From positions 255,335 to 319,334 of IMG/VR virus record IMGVR_UViG_3300024239_000013: DNA of 64,000 nucleotides; one strand, 5' to 3'. Under the pieces are notes generated by a model. That model saw nothing but the letters and a program-made list of their open reading frames with translations. It ran no database searches and had not been told where the DNA came from. The first letter of the stretch is position 1. Every line of letters starts with the position of its first letter. This document shows positions 1 to 10,212 of the stretch, one piece after another. The translations under genes were made by a program, and so were the position numbers.

Positions 1-825
1 AGAATTACCGGATTTAAAATTTTTATCTTGATCTCCAATTATGGTATTAACCACACCTAAATTACTACCTGGATTGTTACCAGACCCAAGTAAAGTAGAA
101 AGATTATCAATTGCTGTAAGTGCTGCAGAAGAACCTAACAATCTAGAGGTCTTAAAAAAATTACGTATCTCTGAAACAAAAATGTACATAGTAAATTTTC
201 TAAGATTTCTTGGAAGCAATTCTCTCATATTATCGTAATCAAAAGTAGCTTGATTATAAAGATCTGCTAATGCAGTCATTCTTAGATTTAAAGATTCAAG
301 TGTAGTAAATTCGAGTACCTTTCCTGCGGTTCTTTGCGGATTAAAAGCATTCTCTGAAGGATTTGATTGATATCCGGGTCTAGAAACTTTAGCCAATTCG
401 TCTAATCCATTTATCGATTGTATAAACCAGGGGGAATTTGATAAAAGATCGCTGAGTATTACCTTAAATTGTCTAAGCATATCTGATCTTTTCCCACCAT
501 AAAGGAAATCGGATTCTCTCTGTTCTAAATAACTTGCTGCAGAATAATAAGCAACCTTACCATTAGGTGATGGATTTATATAGTCATATTGTCTTTGTCC
601 AAATGGATTTTCGCTAAAAAAGCTATTTCCTGATCCGTGATAATAGCTATCATCTTTAAAAAGTGGACTTGGGGGAAGCCCGTCGTCAGCATTTATTGGA
701 AGGGTTCCGAAATCAAAAACAAGTTTAAATCCAAGATATGTTGGATCCTCATAATTTCCTTGTTTTGATAGTTTAAATCCTTTTAAAAATAAACTTCTAT
801 GTTTGTCTGTTGCTCCTAATGACAT
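1..825 (-). CDS. Partial ORF (runs off window), probable tail-tube-like/baseplate structural protein
   Basis: Not in ORF track (no stop in window). ATG at 825; hand translation of sampled stretches is open (MSLGATDKHRSLFLKGF...EDPTYLGFKLVFDF...SPWFIQSINGLDEL); follows baseplate genes. Confidence 0.6.
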   Translation of the reverse strand, partial: MSLGATDKHRSLFLKGFKLSKQGNYEDPTYLGFKLVFDFGTLPINADDGLPPSPLFKDDSYYHGSGNSFFSENPFGQRQYDYINPSPNGKVAYYSAASYLEQRESDFLYGGKRSDMLRQFKVILSDLLSNSPWFIQSINGLDELAKVSRPGYQSNPSENAFNPQRTAGKVLEFTTLESLNLRMTALADLYNQATFDYDNMRELLPRNLRKFTMYIFVSEIRNFFKTSRLLGSSAALTAIDNLSTLLGSGNNPGSNLGVVNTIIGDQDKNFKSGNS

Positions 826-845
826 CTGAGTTCTATAATATTTAC

Positions 846-856
846 TATATTTATCC
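846..856 (-). promoter_or_regulatory. Late-promoter-like motif variant GGATAAATATA
   Basis: About 20 nt upstream of ATG 825; variant of the GATATATA motif. Confidence 0.45.
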
Positions 857-862
857 TACATT

Positions 863-2416
863 TTAAAATTGTCTATTTTGGATCGATATCGGGAAAGCTT
901 TAGGTATAGCCCCAGATTCATTAGCGACCCAAGTTCTTTTAGATAAAATAAGTATGTGTTTCATACCACCTGCTGTTTCTGACCAGGTAACATGCATACC
1001 CATAACCACATACAACCCAGAAAGGAATTCATCCCTTGTTGGAATTAGATCAGTGTTTGTTTTTCTGTTTGGTATTTTTCCAACATTCTGTTGTCTAACT
1101 CCACCATCAAAAACATAAATTTCTACAGGTACTACTTGACCTCTATAGATACCGGGAAAATAGCCATTCAATTCAACCTCCAATGTCATCTTAGTGACGT
1201 CATTAATATTTATTATATTTTGATATTTTGAATGATAATAGTTCTTATGAACTCCCTCTCCATTTTGAGGATCAGTATTTAGAATTCCTATCCATTCCCT
1301 TCTAGTTTCTAACTTATAATCATTACTTCTTGCCCTACCTTTTTGTAAAATACCACTAGATGGAACGTTATCAGTTGTAAGTGATTCTATCTCGTAGCTT
1401 ATGTATTTTTTTGAAGGGTCATCGGTTTCTAAATTTTCATCATAGAACCCTATGTTTGTAATATACCCCATTTCGTTGCTGTTTATACCAGCTCTAGAAG
1501 TTAATGTATATCCGTTTATCATAAAAGGGTTTACTGCAGCTCCTATTACATTAGTCAAAAGTAAAGGGAGGCTAACTGGATCTCTAGTAGGGGTTCCAGG
1601 AAACATAGTATCAGCCTTTCCTCCTAAGTTGGTGTACCCTGGTACTATTACTATTTCTTCCTTGGTATCTCCAGAAAAAGAAAATTGATTTCCTAAATTT
1701 GCAAAATTTAGATTATAATAACTGTCTATCCAGCAATCATAAAAACTGGATTCGTCATCCTTGTATGATCTAATTGAAACTTCTTGTATAAAATCATAAT
1801 AAGAGTAATTTGGACATATCCATGTCATCGAATCTTCAGTGTTTTTCTCGTTTGTAGAAAATCCTAAGTTTAATTCCTGAGAAACCTCTAATAATACATC
1901 AACAGAACTCATCGATTTGAAGGACTTTATCTTCGGTGTATATAAACCAGGAATATAACATTCAGCGACAACAAAAAATTTAAAATAAGATCCATTTGGG
2001 TCTGTTCCATCATTTGAATATCTACTAGAAACATCACCATCAACGGAAAGGATCTTGAAATCCATTCTGAATGGTTTATAGAAATCTCCAGGAGCTCTCA
2101 TGTAAACCGAAACTATATCTCCGTCTTTTGGATAATTTACTGAAATAAAAGCTGTTTCTGCAGCACTAAAAGTAAAATTAATAACAGGTAAAAATCCACT
2201 AAGATTTAAGCTAAAGTTTATTAAATATGTTGTAACATTATAACCATTAATTGAGATATAAGGGGAAACCACACCAGTTGCTTTCTCGTCAATTGATCCC
2301 ATATTTCTCTTAGTTTCGATGCTTTCTGATCCGTTTGCAGCATCGATCTTAATAAGTTCATCAAGTTTTATATTATTTAGAGCTAGTGTTCCAAATTTTA
2401 TATCATCTACAGTCAT
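863..2416 (-). CDS. Probable baseplate hub / tail protein D-like (gp27-like)
   Basis: 517 aa; C-terminal LEVELNG..PGIYRGQVV...LSGLYVVMGM pattern typical of hub proteins; next to gp53-like gene. Confidence 0.5.
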   Translation of the reverse strand: MTVDDIKFGTLALNNIKLDELIKIDAANGSESIETKRNMGSIDEKATGVVSPYISINGYNVTTYLINFSLNLSGFLPVINFTFSAAETAFISVNYPKDGDIVSVYMRAPGDFYKPFRMDFKILSVDGDVSSRYSNDGTDPNGSYFKFFVVAECYIPGLYTPKIKSFKSMSSVDVLLEVSQELNLGFSTNEKNTEDSMTWICPNYSYYDFIQEVSIRSYKDDESSFYDCWIDSYYNLNFANLGNQFSFSGDTKEEIVIVPGYTNLGGKADTMFPGTPTRDPVSLPLLLTNVIGAAVNPFMINGYTLTSRAGINSNEMGYITNIGFYDENLETDDPSKKYISYEIESLTTDNVPSSGILQKGRARSNDYKLETRREWIGILNTDPQNGEGVHKNYYHSKYQNIININDVTKMTLEVELNGYFPGIYRGQVVPVEIYVFDGGVRQQNVGKIPNRKTNTDLIPTRDEFLSGLYVVMGMHVTWSETAGGMKHILILSKRTWVANESGAIPKAFPISIQNRQF

Positions 2417-2429
2417 AATAAATTATAAA

Positions 2430-3020
2430 TTATACGGGTTTATTGAATCCCCCTCCACCTGCGCTAGGAGCAAATATTAAGAATCCATCTTTCTTTTCTA
2501 TCGATTTATCGTTAGGTTGAGCTACATTAGGTGCCAATATCATAGAAGGCTGGTTCTTAATTTTGGATTCTAAGAATTTTTTTCTACCTTCACTAACTTT
2601 GAATTTTTTCTGCTCCTGATTTTCTCTGAAAACCTGGTTCGGATTAGTATTAGTGTTTGATGATGATGTTCTTTGGTTCTCATTTTTTTTAGACATAAAG
2701 CTTTCTTCCACAGTAGAAGAAGTTGGAATTAATAATACATTTCCCTCCATTAAAGAGAAAGGATTGCTGATATTATTCATTTTAAGAAGTGATCCTACTG
2801 AAGAATGGTCACCTAACTTTATAGCAGCTATTAAATCAGGCCTCATTTGATAGTATTCAGTAACAAGAAATACACTATCTACAGAAACTTTTACTGCATT
2901 ATAAGTAATAGATGATTTAGTCAAGTCCCAAATACCATAGTTTCCACTAGATTCTAATGTTTTGTCAGGATTGAATATGTTCTTATTCCTATATAAGGTA
3001 TCTATTTTAAAATATCCCAT
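2430..3020 (-). CDS. Baseplate wedge protein, gp53/LysM-like
   Basis: RPDLIA...LLKMNNISNPFSLMEGNVLLIP LysM-like motif. Confidence 0.7.
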   Translation of the reverse strand: MGYFKIDTLYRNKNIFNPDKTLESSGNYGIWDLTKSSITYNAVKVSVDSVFLVTEYYQMRPDLIAAIKLGDHSSVGSLLKMNNISNPFSLMEGNVLLIPTSSTVEESFMSKKNENQRTSSSNTNTNPNQVFRENQEQKKFKVSEGRKKFLESKIKNQPSMILAPNVAQPNDKSIEKKDGFLIFAPSAGGGGFNKPV

Positions 3021-3032
3021 TGTCTATTAATA

Positions 3033-4892
3033 TTATTGTTGTCCAGGAGCTTTTTGATCAGGTAAATCTGCTCCGTAAGGATTAAGTGTCAATGTATCCT
3101 TAATAACTTCTTCACTCAATATATTACCAGCAGTATCAGCATAAGCATCATAACTTTGTAAAGAAGATGAAGTTTCTAATGAGCTTTGATATAATCTACC
3201 ATCACCTCTATTAAATATACTTTCTATTTCACCTCTTTCTCTGGATCTGGCATGTTTTAATGTAAAAGTAGCCTTTATCGTCGTAGGAAAATCGTCAGGA
3301 CCTAAAGCATCTCCGAATTCTATTTTTAAATCATCACAGATCAAATTACCTATCATTGCTATAGGATTACATGGATTTCCTATTGTTAAATGCCATTCTC
3401 CTATAGGAGTCCCTGTTAATAAACTTGAAGATGCCTGGATCTTTTCGATATAATCTGCTGTTACTACGTTCTGTAAAATTCTACGAAGTGCACCAGGAAA
3501 CTTTTTACTAAGATCTCTTATTTTATTAATATCTACTGTGGCTCCGTCTTTATTTGTTAATTGTAATATCTGTGCTCTCAATTCAGCTAGATCTGAATTT
3601 TCCGTTGATGTTGAAGCCCCTGGGGATATTTCTCCAGTTATTTGTGCTCCTTGAGCGGATTTTGTCGCTTGTCCCTGTGCATTTAATATTTTTTCGCCAT
3701 AAGTTAAAATAAAATTAAGCGGATCCTTATAGAATTGTAAAAGCCCTTCCTCTCCTCCAGGAAATCCCACTGCAGGGAATTCGCTATTGTATTTAATATC
3801 AGGACTTAAAAAATTACCATAGTTTGTTCCGATTGATAGTAAATTTCCCATTATATCCAGCATAGCAGCCTTAGTATTAACTTCACCGACTGATGTTAAA
3901 TCATATTCAAATACAACATTCAGATTTTCCCACGTAAACTTAAGTCCAGATTTTCTTACATAGGTATCTTTAATAACATCCATAGGAACCCATTGATATT
4001 TACTCAAAAGACCAAAATTTCCTTCAGTAGCTCTGTCCCTCAATCCACTGTACCTTCTACTTTCTACTGTTGTGTTATTGGGGTCTGCATAAATAGCTGC
4101 ATTTTCCCCTATAGACTGCAAAGCTAAAGAAAGGTCATCCGTACCTGTAACAACCCTAGCTGCTTCTGAGAACCATTTATAAGGTAAATCCCCATAGAAA
4201 CCCTTTGATGTTGCTTCCTGCGTAATGACATCTGCTTGGGTATCTTGATCCCATTCTAGTCCGGTTGTAAATTGGATTAAACTACTAAGTACATTACCGG
4301 TATTTCCACCAAACCAGGTAACAGCTTGTGCTACTGGTCTTCCTGCACCTTTAGTAAGGTAAGCTTCTGATGTCTTAACCGATTCGGGTACTGATAAATT
4401 ATCGAGAACTGGAGTTGGAAACCTTCTTAAGGTTATCATGTAATTATTAGGTATCGTTCCATAATACTTACAATATAAAAAATCTTTCCAGTAATAAGGA
4501 GCAGAAAGTCCCCCGATAATACTTTTTTCGAATTTAGAAACAAATCCGGATAACCTTCCTTCATTGTTACCGATTATAGATTCCAGATCAGAGGTCTCTC
4601 TTACTAGATATCCTGCTGAAGGATTTTTTGATTTTAGTGAGGATACTCTTCTATTATATTCGGCATTTTCCGATTTATAATAGGAATCCACAAAGTCATT
4701 TTCATTATTTCCTAATGAATAAAATAAGAACTGTCCATACGCATTTGGAGTTCTTTTTGCAGCTTCGTAGAAAAGACTTCTGGCTGTAGGTCCCTTAAAT
4801 GGATTATTTGATCCTAGATTGCTATATCGTTTTACAATCGTAGAAACATTTTTTCTTAAAAGAGTTTCTTGTAAACTTGGTCCTGGAATCAT
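3033..4892 (-). CDS. Probable baseplate/tail-tube initiator structural protein
   Basis: 619 aa; C-terminal WHLTIGNPCNPIAMIGNLIC...FPT.IKATFTLKH; upstream of gp53-like gene. Confidence 0.45.
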   Translation of the reverse strand: MIPGPSLQETLLRKNVSTIVKRYSNLGSNNPFKGPTARSLFYEAAKRTPNAYGQFLFYSLGNNENDFVDSYYKSENAEYNRRVSSLKSKNPSAGYLVRETSDLESIIGNNEGRLSGFVSKFEKSIIGGLSAPYYWKDFLYCKYYGTIPNNYMITLRRFPTPVLDNLSVPESVKTSEAYLTKGAGRPVAQAVTWFGGNTGNVLSSLIQFTTGLEWDQDTQADVITQEATSKGFYGDLPYKWFSEAARVVTGTDDLSLALQSIGENAAIYADPNNTTVESRRYSGLRDRATEGNFGLLSKYQWVPMDVIKDTYVRKSGLKFTWENLNVVFEYDLTSVGEVNTKAAMLDIMGNLLSIGTNYGNFLSPDIKYNSEFPAVGFPGGEEGLLQFYKDPLNFILTYGEKILNAQGQATKSAQGAQITGEISPGASTSTENSDLAELRAQILQLTNKDGATVDINKIRDLSKKFPGALRRILQNVVTADYIEKIQASSSLLTGTPIGEWHLTIGNPCNPIAMIGNLICDDLKIEFGDALGPDDFPTTIKATFTLKHARSRERGEIESIFNRGDGRLYQSSLETSSSLQSYDAYADTAGNILSEEVIKDTLTLNPYGADLPDQKAPGQQ

Positions 4893-4910
4893 TTAGTACA
4901 CATTCTTTTT

Positions 4911-5258
4911 TTAAAGAGTGTGTATGGTATATCCAAATTCTTCGGAATGCTCGTCTAAGAAGGTCTCAAAATTTTCTAAAAAATCCGGAGAAATGTTCTT
5001 ATAGCAAACTAGTATACCATCACACTTCGTACTATATATTCCTTGTAGTATTTTCTTGCGAATAGTGTAGTTTATTATAAATTCAGATTCATTAGATAAA
5101 TTGTCGATATCATATCCAAGTTCTCTTATTATTTTAGAAATATCTACTACATAAAAATCTGAGCCATGAGTTGATCTTTTCTTGGCTTCTTTTGGTGAAT
5201 ATCGGGATATGTAGAATTTTACAATAATTTTATTATGCATCGGATTCATTAGATTCAA
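4911..5258 (-). CDS. Hypothetical protein
   Basis: 115-aa ORF in tightly packed - strand run. Confidence 0.5.
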   Translation of the reverse strand: MNLMNPMHNKIIVKFYISRYSPKEAKKRSTHGSDFYVVDISKIIRELGYDIDNLSNESEFIINYTIRKKILQGIYSTKCDGILVCYKNISPDFLENFETFLDEHSEEFGYTIHTL

Positions 5259-5529
5259 GACTATCCCAATTTTTATTTAGTAAAAAGGATTTAAGTGATG
5301 AATATTCAGTGGATTCGTTTCTATAAAAAAAGACATCATTAGAATCTGGTTCTTTACCAAATTTTTCTTTTTCTTGCTTTATAAGGTCGTTTTTAACAGC
5401 CTGAAGATGTTTTCTGTGTCTATTCTTTCCATATTCTACAGTTTCTTCAAGTTTAAGATTTTTTGATTTTATGTCACCCAAAAGGCCCATTTTCCTTAAA
5501 ATTTTTCTTCTTTCTTTTCTATTACTCAT
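5233..5529 (-). CDS. Hypothetical basic protein
   Basis: 98-aa ORF, MSNRKERRK start, A-rich leader. Confidence 0.55.
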   Translation of the reverse strand: MSNRKERRKILRKMGLLGDIKSKNLKLEETVEYGKNRHRKHLQAVKNDLIKQEKEKFGKEPDSNDVFFYRNESTEYSSLKSFLLNKNWDSLESNESDA

Positions 5530-5539
5530 AATAAATATA

Positions 5540-6121
5540 TTAGATATCTATACTAAATCCTTTATTTTTACCGAAAACTGAATCATCCCTGTTATAGAGA
5601 TCCATTCCTACAACAAATTTAAAAAGCTTAAGGAATAGAGAAGGTATAAAAACATCCTTAACTTTAACCACATCATTAGCAGGGATAAATTGGAAAGTTG
5701 ACGATAACTCTTTATCTGAACCGTCCGTAATTGGCTCATTTCTTTTCATATCACTAACATCTATAGCAAAACAAGGATATTCCTTATCAATAAATTTAGA
5801 AGCGGTAACGGTACCTAAGAAATACCATTTATTATTATCCTGAATATCATACCCGGATTCCTCTTTTAGTTCTCTTTTTGCTGTTTGTAGATAGTCAGGA
5901 TCTTCATCTTCTGAAGTTCCAGTAATTAAAGTTATCGAATATCCACCTTCTCTAAATGGGTTTTTTTCTTTTAGTACACCTAACATCAGAGGTAACCCGT
6001 TATCATCCTTTATGAAAGGTAACAAGATAACAGTTTCAGTATTCGAGCATATTCCGATACTATTTTCTCTTTCAACGACATTAAAATTAGGAGAACTGTA
6101 TAAAATTTTTTCGTTATTCAT
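5540..6121 (-). CDS. Nudix hydrolase
   Basis: Nudix box GTSEDEDPDYLQTAKRELKEESGY. Confidence 0.85.
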   Translation of the reverse strand: MNNEKILYSSPNFNVVERENSIGICSNTETVILLPFIKDDNGLPLMLGVLKEKNPFREGGYSITLITGTSEDEDPDYLQTAKRELKEESGYDIQDNNKWYFLGTVTASKFIDKEYPCFAIDVSDMKRNEPITDGSDKELSSTFQFIPANDVVKVKDVFIPSLFLKLFKFVVGMDLYNRDDSVFGKNKGFSIDI

Positions 6122-6788
6122 TATTCTTAGAATTTTTTCCTATAGTTGATTTTTCTAAAACAAGATTCTTTTCTGATTCTACTTTTTTATTTACAGAATA
6201 ATAAGTTTTTTTTATAGAATCTGCCAGAGAAGATTTGATATCTTCAATATCAATACCATCTAAAACAAAATTTATAATCTCACTATCTGCATCATCAAAA
6301 GAACTAGATAAAACTCCATATAGCTCTTTTGGAGGTAGATTTAACTTTAATTTTATAGAAACCTCTACAATGTTTTCTTTTTGTTTTTTTAACAGCTTAT
6401 ATATCGGAGAATCCGTATCAACAAATAACTGAGGATCCTTATAAACTACCTCAGTAACAGATGATGTTTTTGACTGCGGGATCGCTTTTATAATATCAGA
6501 TTCTCTGTGATCTATTTGTTTTAATTTTGGTTGGGCTGGAAAATAAGTCATATACTCTTCCAAAAGTTCTAAATTAATTCTCTTTCCACTTTCAAATTCA
6601 ACAAAAACGCTCTCGCCGACTTTATTGACTCTTTTGAATGATTCTATCGATAAACTATCGTCTCCTTTTATCCATTGGAACTCCATATTAGAATACATAC
6701 TACTAAGTTCTTCGAGATTAACTTTTTTATTTTCCATTTTTTTATTTTTTTTATTTTTACCGAATAAAAGACCAATGAAATTAGGCAT
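6114..6788 (-). CDS. Hypothetical protein (true start possibly ATG 6737, MENKK)
   Basis: 224-aa ORF; A-rich leader before 6737. Confidence 0.55.
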   Translation of the reverse strand: MPNFIGLLFGKNKKNKKMENKKVNLEELSSMYSNMEFQWIKGDDSLSIESFKRVNKVGESVFVEFESGKRINLELLEEYMTYFPAQPKLKQIDHRESDIIKAIPQSKTSSVTEVVYKDPQLFVDTDSPIYKLLKKQKENIVEVSIKLKLNLPPKELYGVLSSSFDDADSEIINFVLDGIDIEDIKSSLADSIKKTYYSVNKKVESEKNLVLEKSTIGKNSKNNE

Positions 6789-6871
6789 CTTTATACAATT
6801 TTACGTTTAGTATATGATTTTTTCCTACTATTAATAAATATATTTTAATAAAAAAATAAAACCATCCAAGA

Positions 6872-6900
6872 TTGTAGAATCCGGGATGGTCTTTTGTTTC
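6872..6900 (-). promoter_or_regulatory. ECF-type promoter variant GAAAC-N18-CTACAA
   Basis: Spacer one base longer than the other copies; overlaps a weak hairpin. Confidence 0.35.
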
Positions 6901-6916
6901 GTATATGTTAAAATAT

Positions 6917-7873
6917 TTAATCCTTATTTTTAGAAACTTCCCTTATTTTTTTATCTGATATGAAGAAGCGTAAAAGTTTTTTTAATTTTTTTACATATTT
7001 TTCATCTTTCTTGCTTCTTTCTTGCTTTTCTTTTTCGTCCAAATCATTATATTTCCAATCTTCTCTATTTTCAACTTCTAGGAAGTGGTTATATAATCTT
7101 TCTTCATCTTCACTATTTTCTATACCTAAAGATTTTTTAAGAAGATAGTTTAAATAATCGTTTTTATTTATATCCTGGATATCTGATTCTATTTCCTCCT
7201 CTTCAAAACCATCTATATTAAAATTCAAGATTGTTTTACCTCTTTCGCTATTTATTGAAACTGAAGGATAAACGTCAGATTTTTTTCTAAATATTTCAAA
7301 ATTACCTATGAATTGATCTGGAGATTTTTTTCTTATGTCCACCTGCATATCATTCATAAGAGATATTTCATATTTCCCATCTTCGCATTTTTTCAAATCT
7401 TTAACTTCGCACGGAACTCCGAGTATTTCCATTATAAAATAAACATCATCCTTAACTGTGTCCAATTGTCTAGTTTTATATGTCTCGTTATCTATTTTAG
7501 AATTAATGTAATCTTCTATAAAATCTTCTAGTATTTCTCTATTGGATCTTTTATTTAGCCATCTTTGATTAGGATCAATTTTTATAGAATATTGATTTTC
7601 CTGGATTTTATTAATCTTGATAGAATCTTTGGGCAGATTTATTTTTTTGTCCATTTTACCAAATCTATTACAGAAAGAAATTGTAACGTTATTATCATCT
7701 TGTGAAGTAATCAATAACTTACCAACAGGGGGTATAGATTCATTCCCACTAAAATTTTCGGCGAATATTTCATATCCGTCTTCTATTATATTTTTAATTT
7801 CGTCAATTTCATAATTAAAAGACTCAGACTCCTTTATCATGAATTCTCTAAAATTTAGTATTCTGTTATTCAT
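6917..7873 (-). CDS. Probable internal head protein with capsid-targeting-like leader
   Basis: N-terminus MNNRILNFREFMIKES. Confidence 0.5.
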   Translation of the reverse strand: MNNRILNFREFMIKESESFNYEIDEIKNIIEDGYEIFAENFSGNESIPPVGKLLITSQDDNNVTISFCNRFGKMDKKINLPKDSIKINKIQENQYSIKIDPNQRWLNKRSNREILEDFIEDYINSKIDNETYKTRQLDTVKDDVYFIMEILGVPCEVKDLKKCEDGKYEISLMNDMQVDIRKKSPDQFIGNFEIFRKKSDVYPSVSINSERGKTILNFNIDGFEEEEIESDIQDINKNDYLNYLLKKSLGIENSEDEERLYNHFLEVENREDWKYNDLDEKEKQERSKKDEKYVKKLKKLLRFFISDKKIREVSKNKD

Positions 7874-7893
7874 ATTATCTACAGTCTAGCATA

Positions 7894-8343
7894 TTATTTT
7901 TCACCAAAATAAACAGTAATATCAAAGTTTCTTGGGTCTGTTGACTTATTCATATTTATTTCTAATTTTTCAGGATAAGTTGGGATTGGTGAATCACTTA
8001 CTTCATTTTTCAACTGGCTGTAGTCTATGGTTTTACCTGGAATTAAGTCTATATCAAATTCTTTAATTCCATTTGGATAATCATCAACCTCAAATTCAAG
8101 CTCTATTGAATTTAAAGAGAATATGATTCCGTCGATTCCTCCCTTCTTTACAATTAGATCTACTGAATACTCAATAAAAGCTTTACAGTCGTTTATTTCT
8201 TCATATTCTTCTGGTCTATCATATAAATCTATATCAACGTACTTTAACTCCCACCCAAAAGAATAGTCATTGATTCCGCCTCCTATTTTCTTTCCATTTG
8301 AATTGTTTTCTGAAAAAGCAGTATAATCGTATATTTTCGACAT
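7894..8343 (-). CDS. Probable internal head protein
   Basis: MSKIYDYTAFSE leader; TTGGATATATA upstream. Confidence 0.45.
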   Translation of the reverse strand: MSKIYDYTAFSENNSNGKKIGGGINDYSFGWELKYVDIDLYDRPEEYEEINDCKAFIEYSVDLIVKKGGIDGIIFSLNSIELEFEVDDYPNGIKEFDIDLIPGKTIDYSQLKNEVSDSPIPTYPEKLEINMNKSTDPRNFDITVYFGEK

Positions 8344-8359
8344 TTTATTTTTTTTATTC

Positions 8360-8370
8360 TATATATCCAA
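8360..8370 (-). promoter_or_regulatory. Late promoter TTGGATATATA
   Basis: Exact 11-mer 16 nt upstream of ATG 8343. Confidence 0.7.
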
Positions 8371-8425
8371 AGTAATATTTTTAGATTTAAAATATATAGA
8401 TAGAGCATTTTAAAAAAATTGTATC

Positions 8426-9148
8426 ATGAAGCAAATAAGTCCAGTATGGTTTATAAAGAAACCACTAGATCAAGAACACAAGGAATACGTACTTTTAGAT
8501 TATCTTAAAAAATTAAGTAGAAAATTAGATAAAGAAAATTGTTATTCCATACTAAGAGAAATCTCCAACAAAATAAAAATAATAAACGAATTTAAAGAAT
8601 CTAAGATTATAAGTGAATTTCTAATAAATAATCTTAAGAAGGAAGATAAAAAAATAGCTAAAGAGTTTATATATGATAATTTAGACGAATCTGATAAATT
8701 ATTATTGGAAAAAATATTAGAAAGTTCTCTAGAAATACTATACGAATATTTAGGTATTTGTTTAGATATGATAAAAGAAGAAGAATCTAAAATAAGGATA
8801 TTTAAAATAGACCCACCATCAGGAGTAGAAGATAGACAAAAATCTGGTATAGTAATAGTTAGAAATATGATAACAGATAGAATTATACCATATTATTGGC
8901 AGGATTCGGTTACTCTAAAAACAAAGGAAGGAGATAAAGAAATTTTTATATTAAAAAAAATTCATATAAAAAACCAAACATTCTCCTTAAATTATGAGTA
9001 CATTTATCACGAGATATTGGAAAAATTCAGTAAAAGTTCCAAGAGATTGTCCCCTGATTTACACATAATTGAAATATATGAGAATTTTGAAGAAGACTCT
9101 GGTATTTATAAATTAGCAAAAGAAAAATTTATAGAAATGTTATCATAA
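8426..9148 (+). CDS. Hypothetical protein; only credible + strand gene
   Basis: 240 aa, no overlap with - strand genes, ends at a bidirectional terminator. Confidence 0.75.
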   Translation: MKQISPVWFIKKPLDQEHKEYVLLDYLKKLSRKLDKENCYSILREISNKIKIINEFKESKIISEFLINNLKKEDKKIAKEFIYDNLDESDKLLLEKILESSLEILYEYLGICLDMIKEEESKIRIFKIDPPSGVEDRQKSGIVIVRNMITDRIIPYYWQDSVTLKTKEGDKEIFILKKIHIKNQTFSLNYEYIYHEILEKFSKSSKRLSPDLHIIEIYENFEEDSGIYKLAKEKFIEMLS

Positions 9149-9180
9149 AAAAAGAGAGCTAATTTTTAGCTCTCTTTTTT
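9146..9180. terminator. Bidirectional intrinsic terminator
   Basis: aaagagagctaa-ttt-ttagctctcttt stem flanked by A and T runs between convergent genes. Confidence 0.85.
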
Positions 9181-9181
9181 A

Positions 9182-9517
9182 TTAAAAATCATTTAGTTTT
9201 TTAATACTGAATTGTTCGGATTCACTAGTATCCATATTGAATATTCCACCTGATGCCGAAGCGTCAGCCATACCAGTAGTATCTCCTACATTCATTCTAT
9301 ATCCAGGTACTTCTATTTTAGACTGCTTACCAAAAACTGAATCAGCATAACCTACATAGTCGTAAGCATGTTGTCTAGTAATTTCAGATAGTCCAGTTTT
9401 TTCTGGTTGATGAGTTTGGTTTTCTTTTGAAAATGGTTTATATTCATTATCGTGGACTTTACCTAAAAATTGTTCATAGTCCAATATTTCTCTTTTTGCA
9501 ACGTTTTGTTGGTTCAT
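9182..9517 (-). CDS. Small probable internal head protein
   Basis: EILDYEQF near N-terminus, IKKLNDF at C-terminus. Confidence 0.45.
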   Translation of the reverse strand: MNQQNVAKREILDYEQFLGKVHDNEYKPFSKENQTHQPEKTGLSEITRQHAYDYVGYADSVFGKQSKIEVPGYRMNVGDTTGMADASASGGIFNMDTSESEQFSIKKLNDF

Positions 9518-9538
9518 GATCGATTTATTAATATTTTA

Positions 9539-10159
9539 TTATTTATCACTCTTACCAAAGAGTCCTTCCCAAAAAGATCCAAAAGAATTGGATTTTGTTT
9601 TTTCAGGATATTCTTTTACTAGCTGTTGCGATAGAGCATCCTTCATTTTTTCTTTACTTTCATCGTCAAGCTTATTGATAACATCTTTACCTACTGGTTC
9701 TTCTCCTAAAACTTTCAGAAAAAACTTAGTTAAATTTTCCTTACCCATTCTTTCCTGTAAACTTTCTCTTATTATGGAAGCTAACCATCCGTTAGGCATT
9801 ATACCAAATGGAGTATAAAGGGAATCGAAACCTTTTCTTTGGATATATTCTTGTACGGCTTGAGCTAAACGAGGAGCTAAAAATTGAGCATTAGCATTTT
9901 TACCGGTTAATAATCCTGGGATTTCTTTAATCTCTATGGCGTCTACAACTTCTTGAATTATAGTAGAGGCTTCACTATTTTCAGAGATCCCTAATTTCTC
10001 CAGAAGCGAAGCTGCAAGTTTTTGTTTAACGGTTTTAACAAAACCTGCTCCTAATAAAGGAAGCATCCTACCAAATATTGAGTTCATATCGGATATAAGA
10101 TCTTCATTAACCTCATTTGAATCGTATGAAAAATCTTCAAAACTTTTTATCTTTGACAT
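9539..10159 (-). CDS. Probable internal head protein
   Basis: MSKIKSFEDF...VNE leader; late promoter upstream. Confidence 0.55.
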   Translation of the reverse strand: MSKIKSFEDFSYDSNEVNEDLISDMNSIFGRMLPLLGAGFVKTVKQKLAASLLEKLGISENSEASTIIQEVVDAIEIKEIPGLLTGKNANAQFLAPRLAQAVQEYIQRKGFDSLYTPFGIMPNGWLASIIRESLQERMGKENLTKFFLKVLGEEPVGKDVINKLDDESKEKMKDALSQQLVKEYPEKTKSNSFGSFWEGLFGKSDK

Positions 10160-10179
10160 TTTTGGATTTTATTTTAGTG

Positions 10180-10190
10180 TATATATCCAA
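10180..10190 (-). promoter_or_regulatory. Late promoter TTGGATATATA
   Basis: Exact 11-mer 20 nt upstream of ATG 10159. Confidence 0.7.
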
Positions 10191-10212
10191 TAAAAATAAA
10201 AATATTCGAAGA

